Shown here: positions 11,287 to 23,587 of the stretch, piece after piece
Numbering within the stretch: the first letter of the stretch is position 1
Layout of the letters: the number at the start of each line of letters is the position of its first letter
Origin: Prorocentrum cordatum
Lineage: Eukaryota
Direction: 5' to 3'
Length of the DNA stretch: 64,000 bases
Assembly: GCA_963575745.1 (NCBI GenBank)
Contig: CAUYUJ010000203.1
Coordinates: forward strand, 1 to 64,000
Translations under genes and position numbers: made by a program
Notes under the pieces: generated by a model
Seen by the model: only the letters and a program-made list of their open reading frames with translations
The model's database searches: none
Told to the model about the DNA's origin: nothing

Positions 11287-13330
11287 GTAAGAGAGGACCC
11301 GGCCGGCCGCGGCGGCTGGGCCTCCGCCTTCGAATTGGCAGGGACGGCACAGCCATCTGGAGGGTTTCTCCGAAGGGCTCAGGCGACCCGTCCTCCTCCT
11401 CCTCCTCCTCTTACTCCTCCTCCTCCCTCCTCCTCCTCCCTCCTCCTCCCTCCTCCTGGTTTTCCTCCTCCTCCTCCTCCTCCTCCTCCTCCTCCTCCCT
11501 CCCCCTCCCTCCCCCTCCCCCCCTCCTCCCCCTCCCTCCTCCTCCTCCTCCTCCCTCCTCCTCCTCCTCCTCCTCCTCCTCGGGTCGCCTACGGCCCAGG
11601 GGGAAACCGTGCACACCCATGGACTTTGGGGGTCCGCGCGGACTTCCCAGATCGACGCCGGGCCCCCGCTGGCGGAGCGCGCCCAACGGGACGTCTCCAG
11701 CGTTTCGGGGTCGGCAAAGAGGGGGGTGATGACTAGGGGGGGGTGGATATCATGGCGGGGGCCATGATATTTCCCCAGATTTCATGGTGCCTCTTCTTAT
11801 TTCATTACGTCCCTGGCCCCCCCACTGGGCCGCGCACATGCCGCCGGTCATGATTTGCGCACCCCCCTCTTGGACACCCCCCTCTTGGCCGCTCCCGAGC
11901 GTTAAGTCGGGCCTGTCCCTCTACGGGAGGAACAGCCAAAAGTAGTCCAGCAATAGTCTGGGGACGATCTTCTGACAAATTCTTGAGCATGTTTGAGCAT
12001 GGTTTAAGTCTGTTTCACGGTTCGCCCAAAATCCGCCTGTGGTTAAGTCCAGCGCCGCCGCCTCCTCCACTTTGCCCTTCCCTGGCACTCCTCCCCCATC
12101 ATCTCCCTCCGGGAGGCAATCTGGGAGGAAGGGGGGAGGGAGACGGGGAGGAAGAGGGGAGAGATTCCCCTCTCCCAAATATTCATCGAGAGTGCCACTC
12201 TCCTCTCACCCCTGGGGATGGCCCGGGAGTCGCCTGCCCCTCTGCGTATGTTTTTTTCCACATGATTTCAACACTCGGTCTTCGCATGTTGTCCAATCGG
12301 AACAGGTCCGGTGCCTCAGAACAGTGTTGCCGTTGTAGCGTGGGCCTGGCCTCATGTTAGGATCGGCGCTGTGCGCTCCCATCGTTCACAACGTCGCTTG
12401 CCCCTTCGCGGGCCACGCTTCTGCAGCCGAGCGATTCCTCGTCGTCGTCGCCCCGCTCCTTGTGCTTTTCCCGCCTGCCCGTGGTCATCCTGTGCCTCCC
12501 GCTTACTCCAGCTCCGGCTGCTGCCGTTCCTCCTCCTCCTCCTCACCCTCCTCCTCCTGGTTTTCCTCCTCCTCCTCCTCCTCTTCACCCTCCTCCTCCT
12601 TCTGGTCTTCCTCCTCTTGGTCTTCCTCCTCTTGGTCTTCCTCCTCCTGGTCTTCCTCCTCCTGGTCTTTCTCCTCCTCCTCCTCCTCCTCCTCCTCCTC
12701 CTCCATCCTCAGGCCTCTCCTCCCCCCCTCGGGGGCTGTTCCTTGCTGGAAGCCTGGTGGGATGTGTGGTGGCTGGCGTCCGCTTGCGGATGCTAGGCGC
12801 ACGCGCATTGCTGTGGCTTCGGCTTGATATGGCCCCCGCCCCCTCCTCGCCCTCCCTTCCCTCCTTTCTCCTGGGTCGTTGCTGCCTCTTCGCATGCACC
12901 GATCCCCTCTCTGACGGCAAGTTGTGGGACTTGGTGCCCTGAGCCGTGCACTGGCAAATCCCGCGAGGGATTGCCATTGGTGCCCCGCGTCCAGTGCGGT
13001 GCCGAGCAGACGTGTGTGGATGGAGCTCCCCCTATCGATGTCGTAGTTCGATCGACCTCGGCCTTCTCTTAGAGTGCCTGCCTGCCTGTCTCGTTCTTCA
13101 TCGTCCTCTTCCTCCTGCTCGTCCCTCCTGCTCCATCCGCCACCTCCTCCAACGTGCGCCAACTCCCCTTTTTGGATTGCGCATGGCACGATGGGGTCAT
13201 TTTTGGAGCTCCAGGTCTGCTATGGTCCAGATAGTTATTGCTTGAGCGCCCTAGCTTGTCCTCCCTCCTCTGCCTCTCCCCTGCTCCTCCCCTCTGTTCC
13301 TCCTCTCCTCCTCTCCGTGCCGCCCATCAG

Positions 13331-13459
13331 GAGTTCCACAAAGTGCGCCAGACGCACGTGCAGCGCATCGAGGACGAGCAGCGAGAGCGAGAGCAGCAGG
13401 AAAAGACTGAGGACAACCCAGACCAGGCGGATGAGGCCGAGCCGGAGGCAACGCATCAG
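13331..13459 (+). CDS. Candidate host-gene exon (EFHKVRQTHVQRIEDEQREREQQEKTEDNPDQADEAEPE[ATHQ])
   Basis: Long polypyrimidine tract, CAG|G acceptor; GC donor after 13447 or 13459, both phase 0. Confidence 0.6.
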
Positions 13460-14934
13460 GCAGGTGGGGCGGGGAGGAGGAGCAGCAGGATGGGTGGGGA
13501 GGAGGATGATGGCTCCTGGTTGTTCTCGCTGTTTTGCCTCTTGGAGTGTCCTAGTTGCCACGGCTAGATCCGCTTCAGAATCTTGGTTATAGCGCGCTCC
13601 AGGATAGGTATGGGGATCGAGGTAGAGGAAGGAAGGGGCGGATGCAGTAGGAGGAGGGCGTGGGCGGAGGAGGGACGAATGCGGAAGGTGGCTGGGGGCG
13701 GAGGTGATACGAGGACACATGGAGGAGGAGCAGCAGCAGGAGGACCATCATCAGGTAACCCGATGAGACAGGCGAGGCTGAGTAGGAAGAGGAGAAAGTG
13801 GCACAAGATGAGGTGGAGGAGGACGTGGAGTAGAATGGCCAGGGGGAGGCAGACGGCAATGGGGGAGGCATGAGGAGGGATGTCAGAGGGAGGCATGGGA
13901 GGGAGGGACGCCACCTGGAAAGGGGGGGAGGGTAGGACTCTCATCCGGATGCCTTGAAACATGCAGTCTTCTAGCTCACCGTCGTGCAGCCATGCAAGTA
14001 TTCAGCATTAGAGTCAACGCGCATAGTAAGGGCGCGCGCCTTCTCTGGGATACCCTTGTGTCCTTGCCTCTGCGGCCCGTCCTTTGCCGTTTCCACTGGC
14101 CAGCCTTTCAGGCCGCCGCTCAACAGATCCCCACTTTGGCCTCTCAGGGTCTTGCGTCCTTACCACCCGCCCTTACTGTACGTTCTCACTGTGTGTGCAG
14201 TTGGTTCCCCGGGATTGGCTGCGCGCATCGCGCTGCAGACCTGGCGTATGGCCGCACACGGGCGCGGCCGAGACCCCTGGTGTGTGCAACCACCCGCAAT
14301 GTGTGCGGCAGCACCATGTGCGCGTCACGGCCGTGCGCGGCGGGCTGCGCTGCTGCGGTCGTTTGGGCGTTGCGCGCGCTTTTCCTTTGCAGTTTTTTTT
14401 CCGTGCGCACTGCCCTACCCTTCTCCTCTCGAGCAGCGGGCCGAGGTGGAGTGGGAGGCGAGAGAGAGAGGCAGCTCGAGGGGAGAAGAGGACGATGAGG
14501 AGATGGGGGCGGACGAAGTGGAACATCGGGCTGAGGAGAAAAGGGGAACGACGAGGAGGCTGGGACAGGGGGAGGAGGGGGAGGGGGAGGGGCAAGCTAG
14601 GTGCGCGCGCGTCATATCTGACGTCCTACCCCTCCCTCCCATCCCTTACCATGGCGCTGATTTTCTCTATCCGCGGACTAGTGGGTGGTGGTGCGCGTGC
14701 GTGCATGCGTGCGTGCGTGTGTGCGTGGTTGTGGTGCTGGTGCTGGTGCTGGTGCTGGTGCTGGTGCTGGTGCTGGTGCTGGTGCTGGTGCTGGTGGTGC
14801 TGGTGGTGCTGGTGGTGGTGGTGGTGGTGCTGCTGGTGGTGCTGGTGGTGCTGGTGGTGCTGGTGCTGGTGGTGGTGGTGGTGTGTGTGTGTGTGTGTGT
14901 GTGCGTGTGAGCGCGTGTGCTGTGGCATGGCACG

Positions 14935-15110
14935 GGAAATGACGCCAGCGCTGCAGCGGGAGCACGAGTCGAAACAGGCGGAAGCGCGGAAATGAGGCCA
15001 GCGTTGCAGCGGGGACACGATTCGGAACGAGCGGAAACACGGAAATGAGGCCAGCGTTGCAGCGGGAGCGCGATTCGGAACGAGCGGGGCCCGAAAATGA
15101 GGCCGGCGCC
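14935..15110. repeat. 53-bp tandem repeat, about 3.5 copies
   Basis: ggaaatgaggccagcgttgcagcggg... at about 14935, 14988, 15041, 15094. Confidence 0.85.
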
Positions 15111-15271
15111 TCGGCGAGAGCAGCATTTTGAAAAAAACACCAGCGAAAACCCGTTTCCCGGGAATCCTGTGTGTAAAAAAACAATACGCGGGGGGGTGTC
15201 GGATATCTTCGGGACGCCATCAGGGGAAGTGGGGGAGTATTTTCATATTGTGTAACTGTGGAGGGGGAGGG

Positions 15272-15459
15272 TGTTTTTGTCAGAGTCGGCCACAGACCAG
15301 TGCATTGTAGCAACCATGTCTTACCTTGCTCAGATGCGCTCTCTCTCCGCTGCTGTTTGGATCAGGGATCGTTCGCAGTGCGGGGCACGAGATAAAACCT
15401 TGCATGTTGCTTTCTCTGCAAATCATGTGGTTGGCCAGGGGAAAGCTGTGGCTTTCCCA
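15272..15459 (+). repeat. 5' LTR of element A (188 bp, TG...CA)
   Basis: Aligns to 22407-22635 with about 12 substitutions, a 1-nt indel and a CT-run length difference (manual count). Confidence 0.9.
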
Positions 15460-15460
15460 T

Positions 15461-15472
15461 TGGTAGCGGAGC
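15461..15472 (+). promoter_or_regulatory. Primer-binding site TGGTAGCGGAGC (tRNA-iMet type)
   Basis: Starts 2 nt after the LTR end; resembles the complement of the eukaryotic initiator-Met tRNA 3' end; identical PBS in element B. Confidence 0.85.
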
Positions 15473-15543
15473 AGTTTGCTCCAGCGTCCTAGGAGGGCCG
15501 CCCAGTGCTTGCCGGGAGGCGCCGGCAGACGACAGACCACAGA

Positions 15544-17100
15544 ATGACTACAGAGTCCACGGATCCGAAGGGGTTTCGGTATTTTCACGGAGATAGCGGA
15601 CAAGGCAGCAGTCAGGAGCTGCGAAAGTGGATCAAGTGGGTTCGCTCAGCGATGGCGTGCCGCAAGTTGGAGGCCACACAGAAAGGGCCCTTCGTCTACA
15701 CTTTGCTGCAGGGTTCAGCGCTGGAGGTTGTGGACCACCTCGAGTTTGAAGACTATGAGGTAGAGGGCGGTGAACAATTTTTGATCGATCTCTTGTTGAA
15801 TCGCTGGCCCGTGAAAGAACAGGAAGATATCCTGGGCGAGCACTTGGAGGCGGTGTTCGGACTTCAGGGACGGGAAGGAGAACCCATCGCGGCTTGGCTG
15901 GGCAGGGCCAAGGGGGTGTTCAAGAAGTGTGGCGTCAAAGCCAACGTGCAGTTCCCGACGGAGGCACAGGCTTGGATCCTGCTGCACCGGTGCGGGTTTA
16001 CGCCCGACCAACGAGCCATCGTGAAGGCGAAGGCGACGAAGTACACGGCGGATGACATGGAGGTGGCGATCAGAGTTGTGTTTCCCGCTTACAAGGTGCC
16101 GAAGCTACGACGCGTCGAGGCAGGCGCGTTCCTGGCTGACCAAGCAGAGGATGATGAAGATGGCTTTCCACCCTCCCCACGGCCGTGGCCGTGCGAGCCG
16201 GGGACGGTCCAGGAGGATGATTTCGCAGATGTGGACGCGCTCCTGGCCGAGGGCTCCCCGGAGGCAGCAGCTCCCGAGGAAGTGCTGGCGGCCACGTGGA
16301 AGGAGAGACGCCGGGAGATCAACGATGCTCGCACGACGCGAAACTTCCAGAAGGCAGACAAGCTGCAGATCACCTTCCGCCGGGAGTTCGAGGAGGCCAA
16401 GCGGAAGACACGGTGCCATGCCTGCAAGCAGATCGGTCACTGGTCTCGCGAGTGCCCGAAGAAGAAGGGCAAGGGTTTCGGCAAGCGCGGCAAGCAGTCG
16501 ACGGCGGCGGCGGGGGCCGCGTTCGTGGTCCTGGAAGGAGCCGGAGCGCGCGACGCCAGCCTTGCCACCGTGCTGCAGCAGATGCGGGCTCGTCGTGCCG
16601 CGGCGGAGCCGGGCGGGGACTTCCCCGTGGAGATCCTCTTCGCGTGCCCCACGGGCAAGGGCGTTCTGGGCCCTGGCTGTGGCCGGGCGCTCATCGGGGA
16701 GCACCCGCCGGCGAAGCTGAAGTCCTTGTTGGAGTCGAGAGGCCAGCAAGTGGGGTCCTATGAGGAGATGAACGTGTTCAGGTTCGGGAACAGCGGGCGC
16801 GAGGAGTCGCGTCTGGCGGTCAAGATCCCCGTCGAGATCGGCCAGGTGCAGGGCTACATCGCGGCTGCGGTGGCACGCGGAGACGTTCCGCTCCTGCTGA
16901 GCAAGCCGCTGCTGAAGGCTCTTCAGGGCCGCATGGATTTCACGACGAATCAGATTTCGTGCGATGCCCTGGGGGCCACGGTGGACCTCGAGGAGACGGA
17001 GTCTGGCAACTATAGCATGCCAGTGGTCGCAGGCACCACGGATGTCTGCACGGTGACGGCCAAGACGCCGAAGGAGCTCACAACGGAGCTTGAATTCGAC
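15544..17100 (+). pseudogene. gag: Element A gag plus aspartic protease
   Basis: CHACKQIGHWSREC zinc knuckle; protease motif decayed to GVLGPGC (from xLDTGC); FRFGNS and VPLLLSKPLLKAL motifs; frameshift near 17090-17105. Confidence 0.9.
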
Positions 17101-17320
17101 GGGCCCGGTGGAGGAGGAGAAGGAAAAGGCCACGGAGGACACGCAGGAGGAGATCTCGAAGGAGGCGAACGAGGAGGAGGAGACGACGAAACAGCTGATC
17201 CCCGGGGCCGCGGCGAACATTGAGGAGCCCGGGACCTCGGTACTGAAACGCAAAACCCGACGCCGGTTACAAGAGCGTCTTCGGACGGCTCTAGGTGTTT
17301 CTCAGGAGAAAGTACAATGG

Positions 17321-17945
17321 CGGGTTTCGGAACTGTTTTCCCCACCTCGAATGTTGAAGCGGGCCGAAGAGGCCATGCGTGGAACGGGGCGCAGTTATGA
17401 TTTACTGACGGGCTACGATCTGTCTGACCGAACGGTGCAACAGGAGGTCACCAATGAGCTGAAACGGTTCCGACCCCGGGTGCTGGTGGCTTGTCCCCCG
17501 GGTACGTGGCGCGGCGGCTTTGCGACGGTGAACGCCCGACTGCACAGCATGACGGAACATGTGCGTATGGTGCGGGAGGCACGCGCGCACATACGGTGCT
17601 GTATATGCGAAATACATACACAACTCGATCGCGGATACGATGCCGTGTTTGAGCACCCCGTGCGATCGATTGCGTGGAGGATGCCCGAGATGCAACGTTT
17701 ACGAGAACGGATGCTGGAAGTATCGACCGATATGTGCGCGCACGGTCTACGAGAAACCGGGGGCCCCAACTTTATAAAGAAACAGACGCGTTTGCTGGTT
17801 TCGCCCCAACGACTAGTTCAATGTCTGGGTAAACGTTGTCCCGGGAACCATCGCCATGTGACCATCGAAGGAACGTCGAACGGTATTTCCAGGAGTAAAT
17901 TAGGCAGGTTTATATACGACGGACTTTTGCGAAGCGATCGTACGA
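17321..17945 (+). pseudogene. C5 DNA-methyltransferase-like domain within element A pol, between protease and integrase
   Basis: Ordered motifs ELFSPPR (I-like), D-L-x-T-G-Y-D-L, ACPPG (IV, PPC with C>G), FEHP (VI), DMCAHGL...KKQT (VIII), CPGNHRH; collinear with the element B domain. Confidence 0.65.
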
Positions 17946-18149
17946 GGCACCGACGACCTGGCGCAGGAGCTGAGTTTTGAGCAGGAGCTGTCGCTTCTGC
18001 CCCTGGAGGCCAGCCTACGCGAGGCCTCGCAACGTGGGCGCCTGCAGCTGCTAGAGGCCGGACTGTTTCAGCGCTGCCTGGCCGCGGGCCTGGAAGATCC
18101 CGAGGCCGAACAGGACCAGCCTGACCTTCCTTCCCCCATTGCCAATGCT

Positions 18150-19190
18150 CAGAACATCCGAAATGCTCTCCGAAAGCTACGCGTTAACCTGGGCCATGCG
18201 GCTCCTCGAGAGATGGTTCGAATCCTGCGACACGGTGGAGGGCGCGATGAGGCCATTCGGCTAGCTCGAAGTTTTCGGCGCGACACCTGCGACGAAAACA
18301 AAATGCCGAAACCATGTGGAACCGTCTCGGGGCACCGGATTTTGGAATTTAACAAACAGGTGGAAATCGATGGGGTAAACATTCCAGGCTGGAAAGGACC
18401 CACACATACGGTCCCCGCTCTCAATATTGTGGACGACGCGTCGTCCTTCCAGGCTATGGCGCCATTGCTACAGGGAGAAAACTCTGGGACGATTCGGGAA
18501 GTTCACCGACAGTTCTGGACACCTTGGGCCGGTCCTGCCGAGCGTATCGTGGTGGATGCGGGTAAGGCCAGCATTGGGGCCGCCCTTGCGGACCCCCTGG
18601 AGCTTTAACTGGCCGAGATTGTGCCGGTGGCGGGGGAGGGACAATGGCAAAATGGAAAATTTGAATCACACGGGGGATGGTGGAAGCGTATCTTCAAGAA
18701 ACTACTGGAGACGGTTCAACCACAGAACTATGACGAGTGGGCCGAGTGTGTCGATGCGACGACTGACGCTAAGCAGCGCATGCTGCGGGTAGATGGTTAT
18801 TCCCCCTATCAGCACGTGTTGGGCCAAGAACCCCGACTCCCTGGAGACTTGCTCCAGGACGCTGTCGATGTGGTGAGCTCGACTGGCCCGTTGTGCGATA
18901 CCGCCTGTGCCAGATCCCGAGAGATACGCCAACGGGCGATGCGCGCTTTGCTCCAGGCACGGGACGATTAGGATCTCCGTCGTGCTGTCTCTTCCCGCAA
19001 CAGAGTTATTTACGCCTTCCAACCAGGGGACAAGGTGGCCTACTGGCGGAAGGGGAAGAAGGCACATGCGAGGTGGCATGGACGCGGAATACTTATTGGA
19101 CAACAGGGGCGAAACTGGTGGCTCTCCCACCGGGGACACCTTATTCGGGCCGACCCTTCCCAACTTCGACCGGCCTCGACCAGCGAGGTC
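18150..19190 (+). pseudogene. Element A integrase (HHCC finger, DDE core, SH3-like C-terminus), with stops
   Basis: LRKLRVNLGH...FRRDTC (decayed HHCC), EIDG...VVDAG...QNGKFE, GYSPYQHVLG, VAYWR...WHGRG...LIRADPSQLRPA. Confidence 0.9.
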
Positions 19191-19899
19191 CAAGCGGATC
19201 AACTTGTGGAGCAAGTGCTCCAGGACGAGAAGCAACGACTGAGTTCCGTTGGGGGGCACTTACATTTCTTGGACCTCACCAAGCAGGAGTTCCCCATGGC
19301 CCCTCCGGAGTTCCATGACAGCAGGCCCACTACCGAGAGTCCAGTAGAGACTCCCACCGAGACCCTCGAAACCCCGAGTGTTGATGCCAACCCCAGGAGT
19401 CTCGCCATGACAGGACCCCCAACGCCTCCTGAGCCTCCGGGGCCCCCAACGACTCCAACTGTAGGTCCGACACAGCCTGTGCAACAACCACGACGACGTA
19501 TGACAACGAAACGGCCCATCGACGAGGTCATGCAGCCTGCGGCCCAACAGGGCCCACGCCCCACCGAGGGACGAGACCCGACGACGCTCGACGACGAACC
19601 ACATGACGACGATCTCCTACCCCTGGTAGCCCCCGAGGATGTTGCTATTGAGACAATGCCATTGCTCCGACAGGCTACGCGAAGCCCGTCCCTTGAGCGG
19701 GAGGCTCTCCTATGTCATGCCGAGGGGCCTGAGGTTGCTGCTCTCGCGACTGCGGCAATCGAACGCATTGCCCGTGTCGAAGCTACCAACGCCGCCGAGT
19801 GGCGCCAACCCTTTACGACGCTGTTGGCTGGAGCCATCTCACGACGCGGTCGGAAGGAGCCCAGTTTCAAGGGCACCTCCAGCGAGCTGATCCGCAAAG

Positions 19900-21480
19900 G
19901 CGAGACAGCCCGCGCCCTGGAGGTCGACAGCCTAATCTTGAAAGGATGTTTACGGGTGGTACCCAAGAGAGAGGAGCAGGAGGCGAGGACCAAGTGGAGT
20001 TCCAGGTTCATCCCCGGACGTTTTGTGATGACCGAAAAGGAGGAGGAGGGCCAACCTACTCGTAGCAAGGCCCGCTGGTGCCTCAGGGGGTATCTGGATC
20101 CCGACCTATCTGAACTGATTCAAGAGGGGAAGCTACAGAGTCCGACTATTACGCCTTTCGGGAGAGCGGTATGCTTACAGATGGTGGCAAGCCACCAGTG
20201 GGATTTACAATTCGGTGACGTGCACTGCGCTGTCCCAGAAACCAAGCACATTAAGAGGCGGGAACCACTTTTCACGACCTTACCCGGGGGGGTGCCAGGA
20301 CATCCGGAGGGAGAGATTCTGGAAGTTATCAGGAACCTGTACGGTAAAAACGATGCACCGTTTGAATGGTTTCAAGAATTTGACGGCTATTTACGACAAC
20401 TTGGCTTTTGTCCTGGTCGGTGTGACCCCTGCCTCTACTCCCTACGAGACCACGGTAGTCTTGTGGGTGCGCTGGCATGCCACGTGGATGACAGCATCAC
20501 GGGCGGGCATGGCACTCTGTATGACGAGGCTATCCGACGTCTTCGCGAACGCTTTCCGTTTCGCAAGTGGCAGACACATGCTGGCGAATTCTGCGGCACC
20601 CGTTATACCCAGGACGCCGAAGCCAAAACCATTCAGGGGAACCAGGCCAAGTTTGTGGAGAAATGCGACCGGTTCGTTTCAGTTGACAGCGACTTCGGGA
20701 CCCCAAGGCCAAGGCCAATCTTGTTTCGGAGACGGTGGATGGGTGCGCAAGGAGACCCGACCAGATTTTTCCTGCCAGGTTTCTTTCGGACAAATTTGTT
20801 TCCCACAACTTACTGTGGGTGAGCTAGCTCAGAGCGCCGCGACGGTACGTCACGCCACGCAATATGCAGACTAGGCGATTACTCACTTGCCGATACCACC
20901 CGGACAACTGACCATGATTGCGCATCTGGATGCAGCCTGGGGAAATGCAAAAAAAACAATGGGACCCAGGCCGGATACGTTCTGGCGTTTACGTCTACCG
21001 ACATGGCAGTTGGCAAAGAGGCCCCCTGGACCCCGTTCAACTGGCGTTCGTTCCGACTCAAACGACTGGTACCCAGCACTTTGTCGGGAGAGGCCCAGGC
21101 GGCTTCCATATGCTGTGCTGCCCTAGAGTGGATGTCCTTGCTGTTGCACGAGGCCCTCGATGGGCCCGTTGATGTGAAGAATATTGACGCCTGTATGCGT
21201 ATACGGGAACCTATTGTGGTGACAGACTGTAAGTCGTTGTACGACCATGTGAAAGCGAATGCTTCCCCCTCCAGCCTAGAAGATAAACGGTGTGCTATCG
21301 ACGTGGTGGTGATCCAGGACTCAGTCCAACGCTGTGGTGCGAGTTTCCGCTGGTGTCCGACGAACCGACAGCTAGACGATGCCCTCACTAAGGACAAAGG
21401 GGACCCCGCAGACCCCCTAATGGCCTGCATGAGAGCCAACAGATACCAACTTGCCGATGAACAGTATGTGCTTGAATTAA
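19900..21480 (+). pseudogene. pol: Element A reverse transcriptase plus RNase H (frameshifted)
   Basis: KARWCLRGYLDPD, SPT, LYGKNDAP, DPCLY, CHVDD; RNase H DAAWGN, STLSGEAQA, TDCKSLYD, QLDDALTK. Confidence 0.95.
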
Positions 21481-21769
21481 AAGCTAGTGAACGGGAGAAC
21501 CGACGGTTGCGTGGGACCCAGAGAAAGGAACAATCGACGAGGATGCCTGGGGATCCAGTGTGGTTGTGCTGACGTTTGGGAATAGGGACCGGGTTCTAAA
21601 TGCATGGATGTGCGTGTGTGCCATACGTGTACGACCGACACCTGCATATTTCGACTGCTGCTACCATGGTTTGAGGCTCAGACCACAATATTCCGACGTG
21701 CCCCCGTTTCGTGTGAAGCGTGAGTGTGCAGACGCTCGTGCTCTGCCAGCGCAGAGCTAGTCGGCCGCC

Positions 21770-22288
21770 ATGGTCAAGAAGGAGCCTCCAGAGACCCCCG
21801 CCGTTACCTGTGAGGACTTCGCTCAACGTTTGCACCAGGCTCGGCTCAAAGTAAAGGGGGGAGACACGACTTGTGCTACGCTGGGTTTCGGCAAACACAA
21901 GGGGAAGAGTTTCGAGAAGGTCTGGGAGACGGAGCCAGGCTACTGCTCGTGGTGCTTGGCCCATCTGAGCCAGTCAGACGGCTACAGCCAGGCCGCATGG
22001 CTGGAGTTCTTTGTGGAAAAGACCGAGAGCGGCGAGGCGCGTCCCGAGGGCAGTGCCAACGCCAGTTCCGACACAGACGACACCGCCCTGAAGCAGGCGG
22101 TGGGTCAGTTTCAGGAGGCCGCTACCGACCTTGACAATCGTGCGTCGTGGCTCGAAGCGGCCGACAATTTCACCCAGATAGATTCTCGGCTTGAGGCTCT
22201 GGAGTCCAGAGTGGTTCAGTTGGAGCACGCGTTGACCAGGATTGTAGAGGTTTTGAGCAGCGCTGGTATGCAAGTGAATCTACAGTAA
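21770..22288 (+). CDS. Element A 3' accessory ORF (172 aa): FGKHKG...Y-x-x-W small domain plus C-terminal coiled coil
   Basis: Intact ORF with GCCGCCATGG start context between RNase H and 3' LTR; LGFGKHKGKSFEKVWETEPGYCSWC resembles the ExoX-C-terminal/DUF3820-like FGKxKG motif; heptads IDSRLEALESRVVQLEHALTRIVEVL. Confidence 0.75.
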   Translation: MVKKEPPETPAVTCEDFAQRLHQARLKVKGGDTTCATLGFGKHKGKSFEKVWETEPGYCSWCLAHLSQSDGYSQAAWLEFFVEKTESGEARPEGSANASSDTDDTALKQAVGQFQEAATDLDNRASWLEAADNFTQIDSRLEALESRVVQLEHALTRIVEVLSSAGMQVNLQ

Positions 22289-22406
22289 TCTTGCTGGGAT
22301 ATGTGCTGCAAGAAGGAGGGGGCCGGCTCGGCCCAGCCCTACACGTTTTTGTGTTTCTATATGTTCATTCCTCGTTGTAGTTTCCAGAGTTGAGATTTTA
22401 GAGAAG

Positions 22407-22470
22407 TGTGTTTGTCAGAGTCAGCCACAGACCAGTGCATTGTAGCAACCATGTCTTACCTTGCTCATAT

Positions 22471-22526
<56 letters not shown>

Positions 22527-22635
22527 CTGCTGTTTGGATCAGGGATCGTTCGCAGTGCGGGGCACGAGACGAAACCTTGCAGTTGTTTTCTCTGCACATC
22601 ATGTGGTCGGCCAGGGGAAAGCTGCGGCTTTCCTG
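22407..22635 (+). repeat. 3' LTR of element A with expanded (CT)n
   Basis: Direct repeat of 15272-15459; terminal CA reads TG here if the GAGGG TSD register is right. Confidence 0.88.
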
Positions 22636-22699
22636 GAGGGGGAGGGGGAGGGGGAGGACAACGGTCCACGGTGGCCGCGGACAACCGCGCGAGGTTCCC

Positions 22700-22990
22700 C
22701 AGGAGGCCCCTACGCGAGCCCCACACGCGAGCCCCACGCGGGTCCCGCGGGACCCCCACGGGAACCCCACGCGAGCCCCACGCGGGTTTCGCGCGAGCCC
22801 TGCGCGAGCCCTCGCAAGGCCCACGCGAGCCCCGCGCAGGCCCGACGGGAGCCCCCCGCAAGCCCCACGGGGGCCCGAGGCGAATCCCACGCGAGCCCCG
22901 CGCGAGCCCCACGCGAGCGCCACGCGAGCGCCACGGGAACCCCACGCGGGCCCCACGCGGGCCCCGCGCGGGCCCCGCGCGAGCCCCTTT
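22700..22990. repeat. (CCCCACGCGAG)n ~11-nt minisatellite
   Basis: Tandem degenerate units. Confidence 0.85.
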
Positions 22991-23533
22991 CCAGTCCCGC
23001 GCAGGCCCCATACGAGTTCCACGCCGATGGCTGCCCCGACGGTTGTCACAGTTTGCGGCTCCGACTCTGGGCTGTTGTCCCGGGAATTTCCGCGAGGGTT
23101 GTTCCGACGGCTGTCTCTTGGGACTCGCGGCGCCTCGGATTCAGAGTGTCTTTTCAAAGTACCTGACGCGATGCGGCGTTGGAGATGTTGCCTGCCTGCC
23201 GTTTGCAAGGTGGCGGTGGCGGGGCCAGCGCATGCGGAGATAGATCGTGCGGCCGCGAGAAGAGCTGCGGCGGAGCCAAGAAACGCGGCGGAGCCGCCGC
23301 CGCCGACCCACTGAGCGGTGGCCTTCTCCACGGCCGTCACCCCGCCGACGCCGCTCTCCAGATCGGCGGCCCCCTTGGCGGCCGCCGATGGCTGGGGGCG
23401 AGGGAGGGCGCGCCGCCGGACAGACGGCCGCGGCCAGGTCGGCCGTGGCTGGCGGAGCACAGAGGAGAATGGCGGGCCGCGTTCCGACGGAGGCGGCCCG
23501 CCTCCGTCGGCGCCTTTGTTCGAAGCCGCCCAG

Positions 23534-23587
23534 GCGCGGGCGCGAAAAGACGCCCGGGCGCTCTTGGGTTCGCTGCCCGAGATGGAG
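23534..23587 (+). CDS. Candidate host-gene exon (ARARKDARALLGSLPEME)
   Basis: CAG|G acceptor, 54 nt phase 0, GAG|GT donor. Confidence 0.4.

Larger units (their letters stand above)
15272..22635 (+). mobile_element. Ty1/copia LTR retrotransposon, element A (full length, decayed)
   Basis: Paired LTRs, PBS, gag CCHC knuckle, protease, integrase before RT and RNase H (copia order); candidate 5-bp TSD GAGGG (15267-15271 / 22636-22640). Confidence 0.95.

Noticed and set aside
17085..17110. Frame change after the protease in element A, and near 29400 in element B gag, as programmed frameshifts
   Set aside because: Both are +1 shifts without a recognisable Ty1-type CTTAGGC or slippery heptamer/structure; more likely 1-nt indel lesions or sequencing errors.
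21668..21683. SL-like TTTGAGGCTCAGA upstream of the element A accessory ORF
   Set aside because: Match to DinoSL is too weak to distinguish from chance.
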